This document shows, in pieces, positions 25,838 to 32,982 of a stretch of 45,048 nucleotides of DNA (positions within the stretch are counted from its first letter, which is position 1; each line of letters starts with the position of its first letter). The stretch covers positions 1 through 45,048 of the forward strand of contig JBIIDF010000002.1 of assembly GCA_044238535.1 (NCBI GenBank), read 5' to 3'. The position numbers were made by a program, and so were the translations under genes. The DNA is from Vicinamibacterales bacterium. Its GTDB lineage: Bacteria > Acidobacteriota > Vicinamibacteria > Vicinamibacterales > UBA2999. The notes under the pieces are model-generated. The model had not been told where the DNA came from, did not search any database, and saw only the letters and a list, made by a program, of their open reading frames with translations.

Positions 25838-27013
25838 ATGACCGGTGGACCGTCGTGGCTGGCAGCGGTGTTGGCCGTGGCGGCGCTGGGTACCTTCGCC
25901 ACGGGTTTGTGGCTGACGTGGGTTATCAATAACGACGTGGACATGCAGTCACGCGTTGCCGAGTATTCCGCATTTCGCGTCGGTGACTACCCCAACCGGA
26001 ACCTCGACGTTCCAAGGCACAACCGGGAATTGCTATGGTCGGTCTATCCGCCGTACGCGTTTCCGATGTTCGCCGTGTTCTTTGAACCTGGCGGTCTTCT
26101 CCAGGGGCGAATCCTGATCCTTGTCTTCACGATCGCGGCCGTCGTGCTGATGGGCATGTATGGCTACGACCGGCTGAGGCCGTTCGGTCAAGCATGGGCA
26201 GTAGTCGGTGCCCTCTCCGGCGCGGCTATCTCGAGCAACGGGACAACCATCGGCTGGGGACAGTTTTCCACGATGTGCACCGGTCTGCTCGTGCTGCAGT
26301 TGATGCTCATAGAACGCGGCAGACCAATCTCCGCAGGCGTGGCATGGGCCGGGGCCATGATCAAGCCGCAGATCGCCCTCGCGTCAGCGGCGCTGTTCAT
26401 CGCACACCGCACGGGGCGGGGCCTGGTGGTCGGTGTCACCGTGCTGGCGGCTCTGAGCGCCGCAGCGATCTGGTGGACCGACATCTCATTCAGGGCGGTC
26501 GCTGAACACTGGCTGTTCCGATGGCCGGTCGGATTTGCGCTGAGCTCGAAGGCACTCGGTCCCGCTCATATGGCCGACTGGCTGGGCTGGAATCAGCGCG
26601 TCGTGCATTTTGCCGCGCTCGGAGTGTTGGCAGTGAGCGTGGTCACGGCAGCTCGGCGCCTGCCGCGAGACCTCTTGCGACTGGACCTCCTGCCGGGGGC
26701 GGCGCTGTGTGCCGTGCTGGGCCGAGTACTGCTCTACCATCGCCACTACGACGATGTGATGCTTTTCCCGCTACTGATGGCCTGCCTGGCGCTCGCACTC
26801 ACCACGCCAACAGGGGCGAATGTCGCCATGGCCGTCTCCGTGGGTGTCACGCTCGTGGTCCCCATGCGTGTCCTGAGTTGGATCCCGTTCGCAGAGGTCA
26901 TCCTGCCAGCGATTTGGGTCATCGCTGCCCTCGTGGTCTGCCGTGACGCCTTCGCCGGTGCACGACGCCAGGTCAGCGACGTAGGCCGCGCCCGTCCGGG
27001 CGCGGCGTGCTGA
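25838..27013 (+). CDS. Polytopic membrane protein, GT-C fold / DUF2029 (GT87)-like glycosyltransferase
   Basis: Hydrophobic throughout (about 10 predicted helices). Its size and position directly after a membrane-anchored GT2 fit this call. The ATG at 25838 or the GTG at 25817 (GTGA overlap with the upstream stop) could be the start. The track ORF from 25400 is an out-of-frame overlap with the upstream gene. Confidence 0.6.
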   Translation: MTGGPSWLAAVLAVAALGTFATGLWLTWVINNDVDMQSRVAEYSAFRVGDYPNRNLDVPRHNRELLWSVYPPYAFPMFAVFFEPGGLLQGRILILVFTIAAVVLMGMYGYDRLRPFGQAWAVVGALSGAAISSNGTTIGWGQFSTMCTGLLVLQLMLIERGRPISAGVAWAGAMIKPQIALASAALFIAHRTGRGLVVGVTVLAALSAAAIWWTDISFRAVAEHWLFRWPVGFALSSKALGPAHMADWLGWNQRVVHFAALGVLAVSVVTAARRLPRDLLRLDLLPGAALCAVLGRVLLYHRHYDDVMLFPLLMACLALALTTPTGANVAMAVSVGVTLVVPMRVLSWIPFAEVILPAIWVIAALVVCRDAFAGARRQVSDVGRARPGAAC

Positions 27014-27016
27014 GCA

Positions 27017-27046
27017 GGCGGCGACAAGGCACGGGGTGACGCCGCC
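27017..27046. terminator. Inverted repeat GGCGGCG-N16-CGCCGCC filling the 34-nt gap between the convergent GT-C and Wzy_C-TPR genes
   Basis: Read directly. The overlapping alternative stem GTGAC/GTCAC lies at 27036..27051. No T-tract. Confidence 0.3.
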
Positions 27047-27047
27047 G

Positions 27048-29198
27048 TCACTGCTTCAGCACATCTTTTCCGGCGCGAATATCCGCGATCAGCCGCTTCC
27101 CCTGGCCCTGAAAGTAGGTGAACTCCGTCATGGCCTGCTCAATCACGGCGATGGCACCCGGCACGTCCTGATTCAGCAGGTGCGCCGTGGCCAGCGAGGT
27201 TCGAAGGGTGAGGTCCCGCGGATGTCTGGCGATCAGGTGCCGGAAGACAACGGGCAGCAGGCGCGTCCGCTTGTTGTCAATCATCAGGGCGACCAGCTGC
27301 GGGTCCGGGTCGTTGGGAAGGTTCTCGAGCAGATAGGCTTCGAAGGCGGCGGTGTCGTCTGCCGAGACCAGTGCGGTCAGATACGTCCGACGAGCACGCG
27401 GAAACTCCGGGTCGAGGTCGAACGCGTCTTTCGCAACCACCGCTGCTTCGGCGAATCGCTTCTGGCTGAGAAGATTCACCACGAGGTCGAGCATGGGCTC
27501 CTGTTTCCGCGGGGTCAGTTGGTGCGCTCTCACGAGGAGCGGGTAACCCTTCTCAAACTGGCCCACCGCCGTCAGGAACGTTCCGCCCTGATGAAAGCCC
27601 CGGGGATCGAGAGGCGAGTACGCGGTCTGCGCATCGATGGCCGTCTGCGCCAGGTGCAGAAATGCCTGCCGCATCTCGGGGTCCAGTGACGTCCGTATCA
27701 CCTTTCCCGCAAACTGAATCGCCTGCTCGCGGACTTCCTGGGAGCCGGTGCCAGGCATGGCAAGCGCCTGCTGATACAGCGCCAGATTCTTGCCGAGGCC
27801 ATCGCCCTGTGGCTGTGCCGCCTCCAGCACAAGTGCCCCGAGGCGGTAGGGAACGATGTTGAAGTAGTACAGACCAAGCGTCATCCCAATCATCACCACG
27901 GGCGCGATGACGAAATCACGGATGTGCCCCGGCACCGTGAATGCGGGGAAGGCATAGGCCGTGGCCACGCGGCTGTGCACAAACGCCAGCAGCGCGAAGA
28001 ACATGACGTAGCCCGGAATGGTGTCGAACAGGGTCAGGCTGTGCGTCCCGTAAGCCACGACGAGCCCGATCAGAACGGCTCGCTCATGCAGGTGGAATGG
28101 CCCGCGCCAAATGGCGAGGAGGGCCAGCACATACAGGGCGGCATACAGCAGGAACCCGAAGACCCCGGCCGCGACGAACCAGTCGAGAAACGCGTTGTGT
28201 GCCCGATCCCACCACGGTTCGTCAGCCCACAGTCTCGAGTCGTAGAAGCGGGCATAGACGTAGTTGAAACCGTCCTGCCCGTATCCGAGGACCGGCTTCT
28301 CGGCAATGCCCTGCAGTGCCATGGGCCACATGAAGCTGATGCGGGTATTCTGCAGTTTCGTGTTCACGACACGCCGCACCGTGGGGTTGTCTCTGGCGAA
28401 CGGCATGTCTTTGATGGCATAGAACGCAGGTCCCGACAGTACGACGATGGCGAGCATCGCCATCGCCAGGTAGCGGCCGGGGGTGCGGCGCTTTTCCTGC
28501 CAGGCGAAGATGGCAGCCGCCGCGACGACACCGACGATGAGTGCCAGCAACGTGCCGCGTGTGGCGGTCCTGAACAGGATGAAGAGGTTGAAGAGGGTGG
28601 TGACGCCATACAGCCACGACGCCCAGCGGCCTCCATACCGTGCGGCGATCAGATACACGGCAAAGCCGATGTTCACCAGCAGGTAGATGGCAAGTTGTCC
28701 GGAGTTACCCATCGTGGAGTCGACGCGGTCGGCGTCCTGATAAAAGGTGATGATCCCGAATGCCTGAAAGAGCCCGTACATCGACACGACCATGGATGTG
28801 GCGATGGAGGCGGTCATCCAGGCACACCAGAGCTGTGTCCCCATCACCGTCCCGGCCACCACGAAGAACATCCACAAATGGAGAATGGTGACGAAGCCCT
28901 CCATACGCTCGAAATTCGACCAGAAGCTCCTGTGGGGATTGACCCCGAACAGGTCCGCGACCAGCACGACCACGACGAAGGCGGCAGCGGTGACGGACAG
29001 GAGCGATATCTTCGGTCGGTAGCGCGGCTCACGAACCGCGAGCAGGACATAGCACGCTACGACGATGTCCACGAGCGAGCGGAAGTAGATGGCCTTCCCG
29101 GTGATGAACGGAAACAGCAGGGACTGGGCGATGATACCGGGCGTGAGCACGGTCAGGAAGAGTCCGGCAACGACTGCCCAGTACAGGGGATTGTTCAT
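27048..29198 (-). CDS. Wzy_C (O-antigen ligase/polymerase-like) polytopic membrane domain fused to C-terminal TPR repeats
   Basis: Wzy_C hallmarks are present: FRTATRGTLLALIVGVVAAA and DRAHNAFLDWFVAAGVFGFLLY. The N-terminus is LLFPFITGKAIYFRSLV. The last ~250 aa are helical repeats with TPR-like spacing (ALYQQALAM..., FLTAVGQFEKGYPLLVRAH..., RFAEAAVVAKDAF...). The ATG at 29198 (MNNPLYW) is preferred to 29486. Confidence 0.75.
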   Translation of the reverse strand: MNNPLYWAVVAGLFLTVLTPGIIAQSLLFPFITGKAIYFRSLVDIVVACYVLLAVREPRYRPKISLLSVTAAAFVVVVLVADLFGVNPHRSFWSNFERMEGFVTILHLWMFFVVAGTVMGTQLWCAWMTASIATSMVVSMYGLFQAFGIITFYQDADRVDSTMGNSGQLAIYLLVNIGFAVYLIAARYGGRWASWLYGVTTLFNLFILFRTATRGTLLALIVGVVAAAAIFAWQEKRRTPGRYLAMAMLAIVVLSGPAFYAIKDMPFARDNPTVRRVVNTKLQNTRISFMWPMALQGIAEKPVLGYGQDGFNYVYARFYDSRLWADEPWWDRAHNAFLDWFVAAGVFGFLLYAALYVLALLAIWRGPFHLHERAVLIGLVVAYGTHSLTLFDTIPGYVMFFALLAFVHSRVATAYAFPAFTVPGHIRDFVIAPVVMIGMTLGLYYFNIVPYRLGALVLEAAQPQGDGLGKNLALYQQALAMPGTGSQEVREQAIQFAGKVIRTSLDPEMRQAFLHLAQTAIDAQTAYSPLDPRGFHQGGTFLTAVGQFEKGYPLLVRAHQLTPRKQEPMLDLVVNLLSQKRFAEAAVVAKDAFDLDPEFPRARRTYLTALVSADDTAAFEAYLLENLPNDPDPQLVALMIDNKRTRLLPVVFRHLIARHPRDLTLRTSLATAHLLNQDVPGAIAVIEQAMTEFTYFQGQGKRLIADIRAGKDVLKQ

Positions 29199-29471
29199 AG
29201 ATGCACCGTCCGCAGCAGGCACGCGGTTGTGTGCCACGCCCTCAGGCGACTGGCCTCTCATGATAGCTGCCATCCCGGCGCCACTGTGCCAATTCTGTCG
29301 ACGTGCGCCCATCCGACAGACAGGCGGCCAGGGCCCGCGGAGGAACAATGGCCGGAGGTCGGTCGCTGGCCGGCGGACGTGGCGGCGGGGTCGTTGACGC
29401 ACGTGCCGCTGCTCGCGTACCCTCGCTTCGAAACGAGCGGAGGCTGACGGGCCGTCCGGACTGTGTGAAAC

Positions 29472-30323
29472 ATGCGACGACGGCACTCCAAAGAAGTATT
29501 CAGCACACCTTCGTTGCAGGTGGGACGCCGCCTCGTGCTGCTGTTCGCCGCGTGGCTGGCCGGTTGGCCGGCGCCGGTCCTGGCACAGACAGCCGCCGCC
29601 GACCGGCCCATGGTGGTCGAGCGGCCGAGCTTCTCAACCCCTCCGGACCTCGTGGGTCAGCACCGCTGGCAAATCGAGTCCGGTATCAGCTGGCGCCGCC
29701 TGTCGGAAGACGAGGACGCCTCGCCCCTGGTCACCACCGCACCGAACCTGACACTGCGCGTCGGGGTGCATCCGCGGCTCGAGTGGCGGGTCGCCACCAG
29801 CGGAGTCGACTGGTGGACAGTCGACGGACGGACGTCTCATGCGGTGGCCAATCCCTCGGTCGGACTCAAGTATCACCTGCTGCTCGAGCGGCATAGCGGC
29901 GTCGACCTGTCAATCGTGCCGATGCTGACCCTGGGCTGGCCGCATGATCAGTCACCGGCAGCGTCGGTCGTGGTGACGGCAGCCAGGTTCATGGGCCCAG
30001 TCGGCCTGAATGCCAATCTCCTGGTGGCGCGCGACTGGTCCGATCGGGCGGCGGTGGAGCGTGACCTGAGTCTGGCACTGACCGAGGCGCTGTCTCCAGA
30101 CTGGAGTGCCTTTGCCGAACTGGTGCGCGTCCAGACTGCGACCGACCACCCCGGACAGTGGACCGTGAATGCCGGTGTCGGACGGCTCATCGGCGCGAAT
30201 GTCGCGGCCGATTTGTTCGTGGGGCGACCCTTCGATGCCGCCGCAGGCGCCTGGCGCTATGGCGTAGGGCTGAGCTGGCGCAGCCGCTACCGCTCGGTGG
30301 CCCCGAACACGCGCCCGCACTGA
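29472..30323 (+). CDS. Outer-membrane beta-barrel protein, Phenol_MetA_deg-like transporter family
   Basis: A signal peptide ends in VLAQ. DRPMVVERPSFSTPPDLVGQHRWQIESG resembles the conserved N-terminal block of that family. Alternating beta-strand pattern. Confidence 0.6.
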   Translation: MRRRHSKEVFSTPSLQVGRRLVLLFAAWLAGWPAPVLAQTAAADRPMVVERPSFSTPPDLVGQHRWQIESGISWRRLSEDEDASPLVTTAPNLTLRVGVHPRLEWRVATSGVDWWTVDGRTSHAVANPSVGLKYHLLLERHSGVDLSIVPMLTLGWPHDQSPAASVVVTAARFMGPVGLNANLLVARDWSDRAAVERDLSLALTEALSPDWSAFAELVRVQTATDHPGQWTVNAGVGRLIGANVAADLFVGRPFDAAAGAWRYGVGLSWRSRYRSVAPNTRPH

Positions 30324-30459
30324 CCCGCGCGTGGCCCGCTGCGGAATCTCGCGCGGACCACGGGCTCGCGTAAGAATCTCACATCCCTTCCTGCATTAGG
30401 ATGAGGCCGGTTGCGACGATCCTGTCCTGCCATCGACGTCTCTGTCTGAAGCCCCCGCC

Positions 30460-30480
30460 GCGCCCTGAGGGTCAGGGCGC
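30460..30480 (+). promoter_or_regulatory. Perfect 9-bp stem / 3-nt loop hairpin GCGCCCTGA-GGG-TCAGGGCGC, 15 nt upstream of the catalase-related ORF
   Basis: Read directly. It lies 137 nt after the upstream stop. No T-tract follows it, and there is no obvious Shine-Dalgarno element between the hairpin and the ATG at 30496. Confidence 0.4.
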
Positions 30481-30495
30481 CTCTCGTGAACCCCT

Positions 30496-31485
30496 ATGTT
30501 GCCACCAAGCACCCACTGGAAAGAACAGCCTGCCGCCGATGAGGCCGTCCGATTCGCGCAGTATGCCGAGACGTTCACCGAACTGCAGCAGCAGCGCTCG
30601 GCTCAGCGGGGCGTCGGTCGCGTGCTGCACCGCAAGCAGCATCTGGGCTTGAAGGCGAGCGTCACGATTTTTCCAGACGTGCCTGACGCGGCGCGCTACG
30701 GGCTGTTTGCCCGACCCGGAGACTATGACGCCGAGATCAGGCTCTCCAACGGTGATTCGGACCGTCGTCCCGACCGCATGCCGGATGTCCGTGGCTTCGC
30801 GATTCGGCTGCTCGACGTCCACGGCCCCGGGGCCCGTGGGGTCGAGACGGCCGAACAGAATTTTGCGCTCATCAACTTTGCCGCCTTCGGATTTCCTAAC
30901 GTGCGGGAGTTCTATGAGGTCGTGATGAGTTCATCCCGGGGATTTCCGTCACTCATCAGCAATCTCGTCCGTCGTCACGGTCTGGTCGGCGGGTTGACGC
31001 AGCTGCGCCGCATCCTGACCGTGTTCGGTCAGCCTTTCCATGGCTTCGCGCGCAGCCCGATGTACTCGGCCGCTGCCATTGCCTGCGGGCCCTACGCCAT
31101 CAAGGTGCGCATCCTGCCCGGCGACAACGGTGGCCCGCCCGCCTCAGGCACGCCCGACTACGCCGCCGATATGCACAACCGCCTGCTCGTGCAGGATCTG
31201 ACGTGGGATCTGCAGGTGCAGTTCTTTGTCGACGCGGCCATCACACCGATTGAAGATGCGTCAATCCAGTGGCCGGAGGATGTGACGCCGTTTCACACGG
31301 TTGGTCGGCTCACCGTGCCGAAGCAAGACACGGACAGTGCCGAGGGGCAGGCACTCTCCGCTCGCATCGAAACCTCATTTTTTGATCCCTGGTACGCCCT
31401 GATGGACCATCGCCCGCTGGGCGAAGCCATGCGCGCCCGCCGCGTGACGTATGACGCCAGCCGGAAGGCACGCGAGCACGCCTGA
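30496..31485 (+). CDS. Small catalase-related (catalase-core-like) haem protein
   Basis: RLSNGDSDRRPDRMPDVRGFAIRLL matches the catalase-fold block R-x-S-x(n)-D-x-RGFA. At ~330 aa it is much shorter than a canonical catalase. Confidence 0.6.
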   Translation: MLPPSTHWKEQPAADEAVRFAQYAETFTELQQQRSAQRGVGRVLHRKQHLGLKASVTIFPDVPDAARYGLFARPGDYDAEIRLSNGDSDRRPDRMPDVRGFAIRLLDVHGPGARGVETAEQNFALINFAAFGFPNVREFYEVVMSSSRGFPSLISNLVRRHGLVGGLTQLRRILTVFGQPFHGFARSPMYSAAAIACGPYAIKVRILPGDNGGPPASGTPDYAADMHNRLLVQDLTWDLQVQFFVDAAITPIEDASIQWPEDVTPFHTVGRLTVPKQDTDSAEGQALSARIETSFFDPWYALMDHRPLGEAMRARRVTYDASRKAREHA

Positions 31486-31536
31486 CCACCGCCTCAGGCG
31501 TGTGAAGTCGGATACCATGACGGTGGGGATGGTGCG

Positions 31537-32232
31537 ATGCGTTCGCTGAATCTGGTGGGGGGAGAGAAGGGAGGCGTCGGCAAGTCGGTCGTCTCACGGC
31601 TGCTGGCGCAGTATTTCATCGACGGGGGTCGCGCCTTTATCGGGTTCGACACCGACCGGTCGCATACCTCGTTCGCGCGCCATTACCCGGCACACGCCGC
31701 CCCGGTCGTCGTCGATTCGTATGAAGGCCTCGACGGGATCGTCGAACAGTTGGTCTCGGGCACCGAGACCAGCGCGATTGTCGATCTGGCGGCGCAGACG
31801 CTGGGGCCCGTGTCAGAGTGGGTGTCCGATTCCGACGTGCTGGGACTCATGCTCGATATGGGTATTGCCGTCAATATCTGGCACGTGTCCGACGGCGGAC
31901 AGGAGTCGGTCGAACTGCTGGCGGAACTGACACGACGTTATCGCGACCGTCCCTCGTACGTCGTCGTCCGCAACGCGGGCCGCGGCAGTGACTTCAGTCA
32001 CCTGGACGCCTCGTCCGGCCTGACCGACGCCCAGCGCTTCGGCGCAGATGTCATCACGCTGCCGTCCCTGCACGAGGCCTGCATGCGCAAGGTCGATCGT
32101 GCCGGTGTGTCATTCGGCGAGGCCCTGAACAGCGAGCTGCCTGGCGGTCCGATTCTCGGACTGCTGGAACGCCAGCGCCTGAAGACCTGGCTGCGCCAGT
32201 CGTTCGCTGAATTTTCGCGCCTGGCCGTCTAG
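31537..32232 (+). CDS. TraL/ParA-like P-loop NTPase (deviant Walker A)
   Basis: LVGGEKGGVGKSVVSRLLAQYFID...GFDTD is a KGGVGKS deviant Walker A with the downstream DTD. The length (231 aa) and the C-terminal block LLERQRLKTWLRQSFAEF parallel IncP TraL-type proteins. Confidence 0.6.
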   Translation: MRSLNLVGGEKGGVGKSVVSRLLAQYFIDGGRAFIGFDTDRSHTSFARHYPAHAAPVVVDSYEGLDGIVEQLVSGTETSAIVDLAAQTLGPVSEWVSDSDVLGLMLDMGIAVNIWHVSDGGQESVELLAELTRRYRDRPSYVVVRNAGRGSDFSHLDASSGLTDAQRFGADVITLPSLHEACMRKVDRAGVSFGEALNSELPGGPILGLLERQRLKTWLRQSFAEFSRLAV

Positions 32233-32272
32233 CGGGGCGTCCTCGAGCGCCCTCGCCAGACGACGTGCGTGG

Positions 32273-32911
32273 TTAGAACCGGCGCGACAGCCCGATGCTG
32301 ACTGCCAGTGTGCCGTGCGCTGACGGTCGAAAGTCGATGGCGGCACCGGCCGTGCCTTCCCAGCGTTTCGACAAGGGACGACCGAATTCAGCGCCCACAC
32401 GCACCAGATTCAGGTCGCCCTCAGGATCGAATTCCCGCCCGGCACCCGCAGACACCGTCCAGGCCTTCGCCGGTTTCCAGCTCAGCATCAGGGCCGGCGC
32501 CACAGGTCGCGAGCGCCGGACCGTCCCATTCTCACGGTCGTCACCATCGGCCACCACGATCAGGCTCTCGACGGTCAGGTCGGTGTGCACGCCAACGGCG
32601 AACCGGCTGGTCAGCCAGTAGTTGTAGTTGACGCCCCACCCGGCCACCGTCAGCCACTGAGTGCGCCCGGACTCCCCCACGCCCGACGGCACGTGGACGT
32701 GCGCGAGCGAGAGGTTCAGCTCATGACGCCCTTCGTCGGATGCCTCCTCGCTGTCGGCCTCGTCCACATCGATCGCGCGAACGGGCGCACCTGATTCCTG
32801 CGCCTGTGCAGAGGCGGATGCAGGCACGCCGCACAACATAAGCGTCAGCATCGCGGGCATGCCGGCAAGAACAGGGACACGATTACCACGACGGAACATC
32901 GAAAGTGACAT
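32273..32911 (-). CDS. Putative outer-membrane beta-barrel protein
   Basis: Signal peptide ...CGVPASASAQA, alternating hydrophobic pattern, and a C-terminal ...IGLSRRF ending in Phe as in many OMPs. ATG at 32911 preferred to 32950. Confidence 0.5.
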   Translation of the reverse strand: MSLSMFRRGNRVPVLAGMPAMLTLMLCGVPASASAQAQESGAPVRAIDVDEADSEEASDEGRHELNLSLAHVHVPSGVGESGRTQWLTVAGWGVNYNYWLTSRFAVGVHTDLTVESLIVVADGDDRENGTVRRSRPVAPALMLSWKPAKAWTVSAGAGREFDPEGDLNLVRVGAEFGRPLSKRWEGTAGAAIDFRPSAHGTLAVSIGLSRRF

Positions 32912-32920
32912 GCCCCGATA

Positions 32921-32934
32921 GTGTCGCACGACAC
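32921..32934. promoter_or_regulatory. 14-bp palindrome GTGTCGcaCGACAC in the 71-bp divergent intergenic region
   Basis: Read directly. The 2-nt centre is too short for an RNA loop, so a dimeric DNA-binding site is more plausible than a hairpin. Confidence 0.25.
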
Positions 32935-32982
32935 CACCTCGCCCCGCCATCGACCGATGATAGCGGCCGCACCTCTGGCATA

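Noticed and set aside
27924-29447. 507-aa ORF on the + strand
   Set aside because: It is antisense to the Wzy_C-TPR gene. The composition is hydrophilic and Arg/Gly/Asp-rich with no recognisable domain, whereas the opposite strand gives a coherent polytopic Wzy_C protein.
30401-30652. 83-aa ORF spanning the hairpin upstream of the catalase-related gene
   Set aside because: It runs out of frame across the start of the catalase-related ORF and through the perfect hairpin. There is no motif and the composition is poor.
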